From positions 220,430 through 284,429 of the IMG/VR virus record IMGVR_UViG_3300030419_008158: a stretch of 64,000 nt of DNA; one strand, given 5' to 3'. Shown one piece after another: positions 18,488 to 27,618 of the stretch (the stretch's first letter is position 1; each line of letters begins with the position of its first letter). Under the pieces are notes generated by a model that saw nothing but the letters and a program-made list of their open reading frames with translations, was not told the DNA's origin and made no database searches. The position numbers were made by a program, and so were the translations under genes.

Positions 18488-19300
18488 TTAGCATATGTCC
18501 CTTTTTATTTTTGGAATTATTTCGTGATGAATTATGTCAATTGTCGCTTCAGGGCATGAAGTTTGATATGCTCTGTCAAATTTTTTCAAAGCATCATAAA
18601 TTTTTTTGTCATTTCCGGAACCTGTACACTTATCCCCTACAAACCAACACTTTTTCCCTTCAAAGTATTTTAAAGCATAGGTTTTATCCCAGCCGCTAGG
18701 GTAGATATCAATTGATGTTTGCCCGCCCAGAGCACATGTTACATCTATTTTTTCTTTCTCACAAAATTCTCTAACCAGTTCTATGAATTGGTCTCTTATG
18801 TTTGCTGACTTGTCCAGATCTAAAAAAATACTTCGCTCTTTGTCGCCTGAATTTCTTCCGATGGGACACCAGTTTAGCAAAGATTTTCTATAGCTTATAA
18901 ACTCCCCCGTTAGAGGAACATCATGCTTTGCTAAAAGAGCGAGCTGAAGGTATAGCAGCTGTCTAATAAGAAGACGATACTTTTTCTTTCCAACTTTTTG
19001 AATCATAGACGCTGTCTGTACCTCTATGAAGTCACGCTCGTCGTCACACCACTTGTAAATTTGTGTACCGTTACAGGGCATTAGAACGATATCATCTAGG
19101 CTGTGAATGATCCCTGATTGCCACAAGAAGCTGCATTGCTTGGTTACGTAATCGATACCTGAGCCTGTAACTATCGCCACGCTAACATTGCGCAGATCAG
19201 TTAAATCTTTTAGCGCGTGTATCATCTCATCTGTGATGGCTTTTCTCACTGGCGTGAGAGTTCCGTCCATATCAAACAAAACTGTCTGGCAGCTTTTCAT
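18488..19300 (-). CDS. HAD-IIB phosphomannomutase (PMM2/Sec53 type)
   Basis: FDMDGTLT, NWCPIGR, GGQTSIDIYPSGWDKTYAL, GDK...GND. Confidence 0.85.
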   Translation of the reverse strand: MKSCQTVLFDMDGTLTPVRKAITDEMIHALKDLTDLRNVSVAIVTGSGIDYVTKQCSFLWQSGIIHSLDDIVLMPCNGTQIYKWCDDERDFIEVQTASMIQKVGKKKYRLLIRQLLYLQLALLAKHDVPLTGEFISYRKSLLNWCPIGRNSGDKERSIFLDLDKSANIRDQFIELVREFCEKEKIDVTCALGGQTSIDIYPSGWDKTYALKYFEGKKCWFVGDKCTGSGNDKKIYDALKKFDRAYQTSCPEATIDIIHHEIIPKIKRDIC

Positions 19301-19506
19301 TACCACTCTTCTTCAGACTTGATGGGTGCATTACACATATCAAAAGGATCTATTCGAACAGTTCCAGTGCTTTGATTGCGCGACAATAATTTTGAAGCAC
19401 GTTTGACAATATCTTCAAAGACACAAATTCCGGGATCTTTTTCGGTTCCCATAGTATTATAATAATCAATCAAATCCAAAAGTATGGACCTTGTTTCATC
19501 GTTCAT
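19300..19506 (-). CDS. Hypothetical protein
   Basis: Short ORF coupled to the PMM gene. Confidence 0.55.
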   Translation of the reverse strand: MNDETRSILLDLIDYYNTMGTEKDPGICVFEDIVKRASKLLSRNQSTGTVRIDPFDMCNAPIKSEEEW

Positions 19507-19517
19507 TTTTATCCGCC

Positions 19518-19646
19518 TCAAGGATGAATTGGTGGGGATAATGATAGGTCAGCTATCGCCGAAAATGTCCACCATACCGCTAGACCAATTGCAACTCCTA
19601 ATACTGCGCGAAGAAATAGTCGCACTGCAATCATATGTTTCTCCAT
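19518..19646 (-). CDS. Small single-TM membrane protein (42 aa)
   Basis: Below ORF-track cutoff: MEKHMIAVRLFLRAVLGVAIGLAVWWTFSA... Confidence 0.45.
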   Translation of the reverse strand: MEKHMIAVRLFLRAVLGVAIGLAVWWTFSAIADLSLSPPIHP

Positions 19647-19689
19647 CGTATTTGTTAGTATAGCACTTTAAACACAAAAATTCATTTGT

Positions 19690-19765
19690 TGGTGAGCCAC
19701 CTGGGACTTGAACCCAGAACCCACGGATTAAAAGACCGATACTCTTCCTGTTGAGCTAGAGGCCC
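19690..19765 (-). tRNA. tRNA-Lys(UUU), with several stem mismatches
   Basis: Cloverleaf, loop CT-TTT-AA, CCA; U-U mismatches in the acceptor and anticodon stems. Confidence 0.75.
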
Positions 19766-19793
19766 CAACAAACTTTATCTAATACTTAGACAT

Positions 19794-20417
19794 GTGAAAG
19801 CATATGTTAAATCACGCTTCTTCATTGTATTCTCTATCTTTATTTTTACAATTGCGGTATCATGTATTGGCAGTACTTGGTCGCCCAAAAAATCTTCTGT
19901 AAGACAAAATTCACAGCTAGGCGAATGTGATCCATGGAAATCAGGTCCACAAATGATAAAGCTTCCTGTGTTTTCAAATGCATGGCAAATAGTCAGTGAA
20001 TGTGATCGACACGAAAGAGAAGCAGTCACTATTGCAATGATTTTTTTCTACAAAGAATGGCAACACACATTTGGCGACTCTTCAAATAGCGTGTGGATGG
20101 CACTCAACACGCTTCTAATAGAGTGGTCTCAGCTGGACAAAAGAGCAACAGCACACGACATGTCAGGAAAACTTAGATATGAGGCAGCACTTGCAGGAGC
20201 TGCTCTCACTTCTGGTATGATTTGGGTTAGGCCTGGTCATAATGTTCCTGTATGTGAAACTGCATTTGTCCACGAACTAGTGCATATAGCAATTTGGAGT
20301 CAAAAAGGAACAGATGGTGACCCAGATCACTTGGGAGACAAGTATACTGGGTGGTCCGTTGATCACGCTGCGCTCATACAAAGAGTCAACGACCAGCTTT
20401 GCTCTTTGAGCATATAG
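19794..20417 (+). CDS. Secreted/lipoprotein zinc metallopeptidase-like
   Basis: Signal ending AVSC; FVHELVH...GDPDH. Confidence 0.65.
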   Translation: MKAYVKSRFFIVFSIFIFTIAVSCIGSTWSPKKSSVRQNSQLGECDPWKSGPQMIKLPVFSNAWQIVSECDRHEREAVTIAMIFFYKEWQHTFGDSSNSVWMALNTLLIEWSQLDKRATAHDMSGKLRYEAALAGAALTSGMIWVRPGHNVPVCETAFVHELVHIAIWSQKGTDGDPDHLGDKYTGWSVDHAALIQRVNDQLCSLSI

Positions 20418-20421
20418 AAGT

Positions 20422-21156
20422 CTATTTTTTGCTTTTGAAGACCTGATCGCAAAGCTGTGTCGTACTGGGTGTCCCTACATCAAATTCGCAGTACTTCATT
20501 CCATATGGCCTACCAACATTTTCGACCAGTCTGTGTACGTGAATTATCCCATGCATAAAATGTTTTTCTACATTGGCAAGGTCATCATAAAATTGTAGCT
20601 GACTTGTTGGTGTTATAAAGAACCAATCAGAACAGTGCCTATCTGCACCCGCAACATAACCATTTTGATTCAAAACTACAGATGTTTGGAGATTATTGAG
20701 ATCAAGCTTTGACTTAAAAACTAAGTCTGTTCGCATACGAACAAAATACTCATAGTCGCTAGGATTTTCAACCATTCTAGCACAATCTGCAATGCCCTGG
20801 TATTGTGACTTGACTCGGTAATAGATATCTCTCGACTTCTCTAGAGTTATAGGCATATCTCGCTCTATAGAAAGCTTGTTATAGTTTGAAACATCAAACA
20901 CAAGCGGATCATTTACTTCTAGTTTGACCAAGTTACAGGGCTTGTAAAGCTCAACAAAATCTTCTAGCTCATTTGTTTCAAATGTATCATTGTACTCATG
21001 GTGAACTTGTGTGTTTTTCCAGTCTTTGTCCCACTGTAAGTTAGCATAAATGTCATAACTTCCTAAACCATCTAAGAAGTTTTCTTTTATATTGTCAAAC
21101 ACTCTTCTGACAAATCTGGGATAACCCGAAAAACAAACGGCAAATTTTTTCTTCAT
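20422..21156 (-). CDS. Putative glycosyltransferase-like protein
   Basis: AVCFSGYPR...VRMRTDL...SDWFF; lies in the sugar cluster. Confidence 0.5.
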   Translation of the reverse strand: MKKKFAVCFSGYPRFVRRVFDNIKENFLDGLGSYDIYANLQWDKDWKNTQVHHEYNDTFETNELEDFVELYKPCNLVKLEVNDPLVFDVSNYNKLSIERDMPITLEKSRDIYYRVKSQYQGIADCARMVENPSDYEYFVRMRTDLVFKSKLDLNNLQTSVVLNQNGYVAGADRHCSDWFFITPTSQLQFYDDLANVEKHFMHGIIHVHRLVENVGRPYGMKYCEFDVGTPSTTQLCDQVFKSKK

Positions 21157-22115
21157 TCCCACGCTCCCCTTATCTCGTCAAATCTACTGAAGAGTTTTTT
21201 TGCAAGTGCTTCTCTAACAGACCCCAGCAGAGATCTAAAGGGCTCTTCGGTGAAGCAATAATGACCTGATACTTCTACAATCATTCTTTCAGGTGGCGAA
21301 CTTTTGTGCTCTTCAGGAATCCACTTGGAAAATTTATTGACTTTTTTGCATGTTCGAAGAGCATCATCAAATCTAATCCCATGCTCCAGAAGAAGTCGGG
21401 TTTGTGTGACACCAAACTCAGGCGCTATGTTAATAGAGTCTAAGCCTAGCGAGGCTCTTTTTTGTATTTGTGCCCTTGACAAGTAATCCCCGTTGTGCTC
21501 TTTGGAAAGAATGCCGTGCTTTTTTGTAATCTCCACCATGTCTTCAAGCCTGGCCGGATCAAAATTTCCAACGTTGGACGTGCCACTTATTTTTACGCCT
21601 GACTGTATTACGCCGAACTTTACACGGTCAAATTCTCTACCCATGCTTTTTTGAAGAGATGACAAAATAAAATCTAAGTCTTCAGCTGTATACGGAAAAA
21701 TTGACTCTTCGGTACCTACTTCAAATAGAATATTATCGTCTAGATTCATGCAGTAAGAAATTAACTCTTCAGTTTTTCGAACGCCCTCTTCAACAGTGCT
21801 GCACGTCTTCCATGGATCGATGTGAAGCATGTCAAATTTGCTTTCAATATCGTTTTTTAGGCTGTCTAGACCGTCATCATGCTCTGACCCTTGACCGGGC
21901 CCACCATGATCTCTAACTAAGCAAACAGCATCACTTTTCTCTTTAACATATTGAGAAAAATCACCTGTCGTCCAACTATTGACGTACCCACCGGTATTTT
22001 CAATTTGCCGCCTAGACGGAATCAAACCTAGCGAGCTTTTTTCTTTGGAGTATTCTATTACTATGTCAACTATCTCTTGAGACATGGGGCCCACAAACAA
22101 TCTTGGTATTTTCAT
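21153..22115 (-). CDS. GatZ/KbaZ-like (tagatose pathway) TIM-barrel protein
   Basis: SRRQIE, RDHGGP, LHIDP, FEVGTEE, KEHNGDY, NIAPEFG. Confidence 0.7.
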   Translation of the reverse strand: MKIPRLFVGPMSQEIVDIVIEYSKEKSSLGLIPSRRQIENTGGYVNSWTTGDFSQYVKEKSDAVCLVRDHGGPGQGSEHDDGLDSLKNDIESKFDMLHIDPWKTCSTVEEGVRKTEELISYCMNLDDNILFEVGTEESIFPYTAEDLDFILSSLQKSMGREFDRVKFGVIQSGVKISGTSNVGNFDPARLEDMVEITKKHGILSKEHNGDYLSRAQIQKRASLGLDSINIAPEFGVTQTRLLLEHGIRFDDALRTCKKVNKFSKWIPEEHKSSPPERMIVEVSGHYCFTEEPFRSLLGSVREALAKKLFSRFDEIRGAWE

Positions 22116-23692
22116 AGATCACCTCTTTTCTCCAGGCTTCGAAACAGATTGTACTTGCCGAAATTAAACAAAAACTTATCAAGTGGGTGCTCATGAAGTG
22201 GAGACATATTAATCCATATCAAAGATGTAAGCATCTTAACCTTGTCTAAATCATACCCGTGTGACGTTACGAAACTGTGTAAAACTTCTTGACAATCAAT
22301 TAGATTTTTTCTGCATAAAATGTCACACTCATAACCTACTTTTCGAGGTTGCAGTATGTAGTGACTTTGATTGACTAGCTCATGATTGAAGACAAGATTG
22401 TGATTTAGTTTTGCAAGATCATAGTACACATCACCCACATCTAATCTTCCTGCAAAATCTTGACGCCAGTCTATTAGAACAAAATCTGTTTCTGTTTCGA
22501 TGACGTTGTCAAGAATCAGATCGCCATGTATTGTAGTAGCTATGCCATTACAAAGCCATTCCCAATCTATTGAAGACAACATCTCTTGTACAGGCGGGAT
22601 TTTCTTTCCGTTGATAATTGATGCTTTATCAGACAGATCCCCTAAATGAAGCTGTATCCTCTTTTTAGTTTTTTCAAAATAAAACTTATGACAGTCTGCA
22701 GATATGTCTTCGTTACTCTTACCCGGGTTCCACATGTTTTGTGAAACCCAGTCTAAAAATAGTGACATTTTATCAGGTGTGACAGAATCAGCAAAGAGGT
22801 CTCCTGGGACGTATCTATATTTGAAAAAATGTCTAGAAGATGCAGCTATTCTAGGTACCAACCCAGACAAAGAAGTTGCCCTTTCTACACGTTTACTAAT
22901 AAGCGTCTCATCATGAAAAAACTTGACGACGTGATTATTTACAATATAAATGTTTTCCTGAATTTTGTCCAAGACTTCTATCGAAGAGGACATTTTCTCT
23001 CTGGTTTTTGACAAAGCGAAAGGCTCGCCGATATCATACCATTCGTCTACTAATACTGTGTCAAATTGAATATTTTCCTGGTCTGACATCATCTGCAAAA
23101 CATGGCAATCCGAAAGACTTTTAGCACTTGCCTTGTCCGACGTAGCTACTATTCTATCTAGACATCTCCAGAATATTTCGAAGTCTTTAATTCCAGCCAA
23201 GCCCGGATAGGCGTAATCGTAATTAATTTCTCCCTTTTCATTGATCTTGATAAGGTGTTGATCAGGTGAAACATTGATAGTTCTATACTGCTCAGAAGTT
23301 TCTGATTTTGCAGTACCGATCCAGTTATATGAAGGGTCAGGTATCTTGTCGAGTATGACTGAGTCGCAAACATGAAAAATAAAAGGGCACTGCAATTTCG
23401 GCCTGGCGACGTTCATTGAATGAAGAAGGCTAGAGTTTTCACCCTTATAATTTTCGACTTCTACAAATTCAAAACTAGCACCAGGATAAGTCAACTCCAA
23501 AAACTCTTTCACGTGATAACCATAATGTCCTATGGTTATCACAAATTTTGTACCAGAAGGATAATTCTCAATTATGTGTGATAGTGCAGGTTTGTCTCCC
23601 ACTCTTACAAGTGACTTGTTAGTAAAGTCTGTCAAGCTACCTAAGCGACTCCCTAAGCCGCTGGTCGTTATTAGTACTTTATGCTCTGCCAT
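22112..23692 (-). CDS. Sugar-phosphate nucleotidyltransferase fused to APH/choline-kinase-like domain
   Basis: SGLGSRL...NKSLV; WYDIG; HGDLILDN, LIDW. Confidence 0.8.
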   Translation of the reverse strand: MAEHKVLITTSGLGSRLGSLTDFTNKSLVRVGDKPALSHIIENYPSGTKFVITIGHYGYHVKEFLELTYPGASFEFVEVENYKGENSSLLHSMNVARPKLQCPFIFHVCDSVILDKIPDPSYNWIGTAKSETSEQYRTINVSPDQHLIKINEKGEINYDYAYPGLAGIKDFEIFWRCLDRIVATSDKASAKSLSDCHVLQMMSDQENIQFDTVLVDEWYDIGEPFALSKTREKMSSSIEVLDKIQENIYIVNNHVVKFFHDETLISKRVERATSLSGLVPRIAASSRHFFKYRYVPGDLFADSVTPDKMSLFLDWVSQNMWNPGKSNEDISADCHKFYFEKTKKRIQLHLGDLSDKASIINGKKIPPVQEMLSSIDWEWLCNGIATTIHGDLILDNVIETETDFVLIDWRQDFAGRLDVGDVYYDLAKLNHNLVFNHELVNQSHYILQPRKVGYECDILCRKNLIDCQEVLHSFVTSHGYDLDKVKMLTSLIWINMSPLHEHPLDKFLFNFGKYNLFRSLEKRGDL

Positions 23693-24020
23693 ATTTGTCT
23701 TTTAGGCGGACGATATCGTCCTCGCCAAAGTAAGATCCCGTTTGAACTTCAATGAACACCAAATCTTCACTACCACAATTTTTGATTGTGTGTTTAGACA
23801 TAACGGGAACGTGAACTCGATCACCTCCGGAAACTGTCAAAGGCTTGCCGTCTAAAAACACTTCGCCGGCGCCCGAAACTATTATCCAGTCCTCAGCTCG
23901 CTTGTGATGAAATTGATAGCTTGGGCTTTGCCCGGGCTTCACAGTAATTTTTTTTACTTTACAATTTTCATCGTCCAAAAGAACTTCATAGATACCCCAT
24001 GGCCTCTCTGTCTTTTCCAT
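23679..24020 (-). CDS. Mannose-6-phosphate isomerase type II cupin
   Basis: ERPWG, SYQFHHKRAEDW, EVQTGSYFGEDDIVR. Confidence 0.9.
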   Translation of the reverse strand: MEKTERPWGIYEVLLDDENCKVKKITVKPGQSPSYQFHHKRAEDWIIVSGAGEVFLDGKPLTVSGGDRVHVPVMSKHTIKNCGSEDLVFIEVQTGSYFGEDDIVRLKDKYGRA

Positions 24021-24362
24021 CTAGTTTCCCCTATATGCCACAATTGATGCTATCTTTAGATCTTCTTTTTCTCCAGAGAATGTAATAATGTCAACAACAG
24101 GCAAGACCGGGTCGTCATTTGCAAAAATAGAAAGTTCTGCTATTACTGTCATATCATTGACATGTAGATTGTCTACGTTGACCCGCAGAGAATTGACTGA
24201 CTTGAAGATTTCGTCGTTTGCTCCCAAAACATCCTGCTTTCCAGACACAGAAATGTTCCAATCTTTGAGAGAGACATTTTCATGAAACATATCCCCCAGC
24301 GTTTCTAGTTGCTTTTGTTCAAATGCAGTAAAATAAGATCTCGCAATATCTTCTAAATTCAT
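24021..24362 (-). CDS. SnoaL/NTF2-like protein
   Basis: YFTAF...MFHENVSLKDW...VVDIITF. Confidence 0.75.
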   Translation of the reverse strand: MNLEDIARSYFTAFEQKQLETLGDMFHENVSLKDWNISVSGKQDVLGANDEIFKSVNSLRVNVDNLHVNDMTVIAELSIFANDDPVLPVVDIITFSGEKEDLKIASIVAYRGN

Positions 24363-24388
24363 AGTTTTCCTTTTTATGAACCGAGATG

Positions 24389-26035
24389 CTATCCTGCGTA
24401 GGTTAGCATTCTTTCGGCTTCGCTTGTACCGTACTTGTCAATATAGTATTTTTCTGACAATTCTTCAAATATCTTATTTCCCACGTCGTCGAACTTTTCT
24501 GCTCTTTTAATGTCCTTATGGTATGACTTGGGCAGTGTGACGTAAAGAGGAAAGACCCGTTGAATTCCCAACATTTCATCAGGCTGAAGGTATGGTTTTG
24601 GCATTCTCAAAATAGACTTTTCTATGAAAGAAGTCGCTTGAAGATTCGGGTCTAACCATCCTTCTTCTATCGCTTTCTGTCGTAACACTGTTCCTCTATA
24701 GGGTGCAAATATATTGACTGCGATAGAATCAAAAGTTTCGATGTCCCTTACAAGATTGATGGTATCAAGAACCAACTCTCTTGTCTCGTAGGGCATTCCG
24801 ATAATTGTGTTAACTGAGTAGGGCAATTTGAAATTTCCTAAAATCTTAGCCTTTTCAATCATAGTTTCGTTTTTGATTCTACGATAAAGTCTTTTTCTTC
24901 GAAACTCTTCATTACCATGCTCCAGCCCAAAAGACATTCGATACAAACCTACTTCACGAAGCCATCCTATCTTATCTTCATCAATATCTTCAAACCGAGT
25001 CTGGCACCAGAAAGGAAGCCGAAAGTCTTTGTACATCTCAGCAAATTCTTTTAGTTCGCTTTTTGGGCGGGCCATAAAAGCATCATCATTAATATACAGA
25101 AAATTAGGATTGTACTTCTCAACCATCGATTCTAGCTCTCGTCGAACTGTATCGATACTTTTTCGTCTTGTGTATACGCCCTGCTTTTTTTCTTTTGCAA
25201 GGACACTCTGGATGGGAGAATTACAAAACGTGCACTGGTATGGGCAGCCTCTGTAAGTTTCAATTGGAATTGCCTTCCAAATCTTAGCACCGAGAGGCCT
25301 AAGAAAACGTCTTTCATCGAACAAAGAAAAATCTGGAATTATGTCATTGACATTTACCAGAGGTCTGGGTCCGTTGATTATGATTTTTCCATCTTTATCT
25401 TTTGCCCGGGTTCCTTTGATATCGAGCAGAGATGTAGAGTTTCGCACAGACTCACAAAATTCAGGTATAATGTGCTCTCCTTCACCCGATGCTATGCATT
25501 GCACGTTAGGATCAGAAATTACATCATTCGGTGCCATTGTTGGAAAAACCCCACCTATGATCGATTTAATGTTTGGATATTTTGAAACAACAGACATCAA
25601 GTCTTGCACTTGAGGCCATGTATCCTCGACCAGCGTAGAAACAATAACTACATGTGGGTCAAACTCTTCAAGCTTCTGGGTAAAATCTCCTAACAAGTCT
25701 GTCTTTGGATTGCCAAATAGCTTTATTGGATCAAACTTTCTGCTGGCCATGAGCTTGTTTGCACGCGTAGCACTAGCTGATTCGTCCATTGCTTCTTTTA
25801 CATTTTCATCGTCTGCTTTTCCGACAAACTCATAAGTTGGCATATAAGGTGTGCAGTCAAAAAGATCCACATTATATTTTTGTTCTTTGAGAATTGCTGT
25901 CCACAAGCCTATAGCATAAGAAGGTGTCAACATCATGCTCAAGTTGGGATAGACAATTAAAGTTCGAAAGTCTTCTCTATCAATGCTTTTTGCTGTTGAT
26001 GAAACTTCTTTCTTGATTTTTACTTCTCTAGACAT
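24389..26035 (-). CDS. Cobalamin-binding radical SAM enzyme (class B methyltransferase-like)
   Basis: IIGGVFPT, GEGE, RGCPYQCTFC, DDAF, GMPYET. Confidence 0.85.
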   Translation of the reverse strand: MSREVKIKKEVSSTAKSIDREDFRTLIVYPNLSMMLTPSYAIGLWTAILKEQKYNVDLFDCTPYMPTYEFVGKADDENVKEAMDESASATRANKLMASRKFDPIKLFGNPKTDLLGDFTQKLEEFDPHVVIVSTLVEDTWPQVQDLMSVVSKYPNIKSIIGGVFPTMAPNDVISDPNVQCIASGEGEHIIPEFCESVRNSTSLLDIKGTRAKDKDGKIIINGPRPLVNVNDIIPDFSLFDERRFLRPLGAKIWKAIPIETYRGCPYQCTFCNSPIQSVLAKEKKQGVYTRRKSIDTVRRELESMVEKYNPNFLYINDDAFMARPKSELKEFAEMYKDFRLPFWCQTRFEDIDEDKIGWLREVGLYRMSFGLEHGNEEFRRKRLYRRIKNETMIEKAKILGNFKLPYSVNTIIGMPYETRELVLDTINLVRDIETFDSIAVNIFAPYRGTVLRQKAIEEGWLDPNLQATSFIEKSILRMPKPYLQPDEMLGIQRVFPLYVTLPKSYHKDIKRAEKFDDVGNKIFEELSEKYYIDKYGTSEAERMLTYAG

Positions 26036-26387
26036 CTATTTCTTCTATTCCTTTATTTCTAGTAACACAGTAGGCATACGCCGTAGGAATATCAGAATCT
26101 TTTTTGAAATCATTGATGAGAATTCTGGATCCGCCGCCGATGCCCATGACAAGCTGATCGTATATTATGCCCGCATCAGACAATTGTTCAACTGTCTGCT
26201 TTCGCATACACTCCTTTCGGCCTGTCACCAGGATTATATTATACCCTTTGCGATCCCACTCATTCAGCTTTTCAATAGTTCCTTTTAGGAGCGTCATTTT
26301 GCTATGAGAAGATGCAGCTGTACTTGGTTTCATATGTGTTACAAGCGTGCCATCAATATCACAAAAAATAGTTTTAGGACGACTCAT
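26028..26387 (-). CDS. HAD phosphatase (capsule-biosynthesis phosphatase-like)
   Basis: DIDGTL, VTGR, YDQLVMG, IND; start refined to MSRPK. Confidence 0.75.
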   Translation of the reverse strand: MSRPKTIFCDIDGTLVTHMKPSTAASSHSKMTLLKGTIEKLNEWDRKGYNIILVTGRKECMRKQTVEQLSDAGIIYDQLVMGIGGGSRILINDFKKDSDIPTAYAYCVTRNKGIEEIDV

Positions 26388-26402
26388 CTCGCTGTCTCCG
26401 TG

Positions 26403-26478
26403 TGGAGCGGGTGATGGGTCTCGAACCCACAACATTCAGCTTGGAAGGCTGACACTCTACCAATTGAGTTACACCCGC
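26403..26478 (-). tRNA. tRNA-Gly(UCC)
   Basis: Cloverleaf, loop CT-TCC-AA, U73, CCA. Confidence 0.95.
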
Positions 26479-26585
26479 AAAAAAATGGTTACTAGATAAT
26501 ACTAAGATCATTTTTCACCTAGTCCGGTTATGGACTTATTATTGTTCATCATATAGACACCACTGTCTTATTCTACTGTCATAGT

Positions 26586-27203
26586 TTAATCCTTTTTGCC
26601 GCCATTGTTAACCCAGCTAAGTTTTTTCCTAAGCATTTTATGAATTCCTGGATTCACGATCAAAGATTTTGGTAGCAATTCGTGTCTAATAAAATTTCTC
26701 ATAAATCGAGTATCAGAGTTACTGGGATCTTCAACATAAGATACGTTCTTTCTTGCACACCAATCTTCAAAAATTGCTTTTCTGGTTTGCAAAAAAGGTC
26801 GAATATAACAATCTCTAGTCTCTGGGATCAAATACGAAGTACCGTGCAGTGAAGTAAAAATCCAAGTCTCAGCAACGTCATCCAAGTGATGACATGTAAT
26901 TACTGGCAGATTTTCTCGAGAATCTTCAAAAAAATCATATCTCTTCACTCTCCAAAAGTCTTCTAAAGAAACACCCTTTGGAGGTTCATCCCAGTTTTTT
27001 CCCACAGTAATTGGGATATCTTTTTCTATACAGTACTTTCGAACTAGAACCTCTGCCTTGTCAGAATAATCTGTCCCGTGATTATAGTGCAGAACACGCA
27101 CATCGTGTGACTTGCGTAAAAAATCTAAAGCTGCCATTGAATCACAACCACCGGACACAGCAATAGCAATTTGTCTCGGCAGCTTTCTTGAAAGTCGAAT
27201 CAC
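26586..27203 (-). CDS. tilS: tRNA(Ile)-lysidine synthase (catalytic domain only)
   Basis: AVSGGCDS, HYNHG, RY.FF, HHLDDVAET, IRPFL, EDPSN, RNFIRH. Confidence 0.9.
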   Translation of the reverse strand: MIRLSRKLPRQIAIAVSGGCDSMAALDFLRKSHDVRVLHYNHGTDYSDKAEVLVRKYCIEKDIPITVGKNWDEPPKGVSLEDFWRVKRYDFFEDSRENLPVITCHHLDDVAETWIFTSLHGTSYLIPETRDCYIRPFLQTRKAIFEDWCARKNVSYVEDPSNSDTRFMRNFIRHELLPKSLIVNPGIHKMLRKKLSWVNNGGKKD

Positions 27204-27221
27204 GACAATCTCCTTTTTGAA

Positions 27222-27298
27222 TGGTGGGCCTCCGGGGACTTGAACCCCGAACCTGCCGGTTATGAGCCGGATGCTCTAACCTATTGAGCTAGAGGCCC
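27222..27298 (-). tRNA. tRNA-Ile2(CAU, lysidine substrate); Met not excluded
   Basis: GGGCCTCTAGCTCA...CCGG CT-CAT-AA CCGG...ACCA; directly upstream of tilS. Confidence 0.85.
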
Positions 27299-27308
27299 TC
27301 AAATAACT

Positions 27309-27381
27309 TACCCCCTGTCCGGTTCGAACGGACGACCTAGCGGTTAAAAGCCGCGTGCTCTACCAACTGAGCTAAGGAGGT
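27309..27381 (-). tRNA. tRNA-Lys(UUU), no encoded CCA
   Basis: ACCTCCT/AGGGGGT acceptor, loop CT-TTT-AA, T-arm GTCCG-TTCGAAC-CGGAC. Confidence 0.9.
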
Positions 27382-27387
27382 ATAAAT

Positions 27388-27602
27388 GAAGCGGGTCACC
27401 CAACATCCCGCTTCTGACACGGCCTATCCCCCTCGGCCTAACTGCGGGTTATCGCAGGTCTGCATTCTGGGTTACGCTTACGCAATCACGAGCCTGGCTT
27501 CAACCGGCATGCCACTCGCTCCATCTCGTTTATAAGATGTTAACGCTCCAAACGCTAAGCTAAGTGCCCGGTGATCTATCCAGGTCCCTTGACCCGTGTC
27601 TC
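27388..27602 (-). ncRNA. Unassigned structured ncRNA candidate in the tRNA cluster
   Basis: Closing helix GACACGG/CCGTGTC, several internal hairpins, 3' hairpin GAAGCGGG/CCCGCTTC; no credible ORF. Confidence 0.45.
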
Positions 27603-27618
27603 CCACATAACTTTATCA

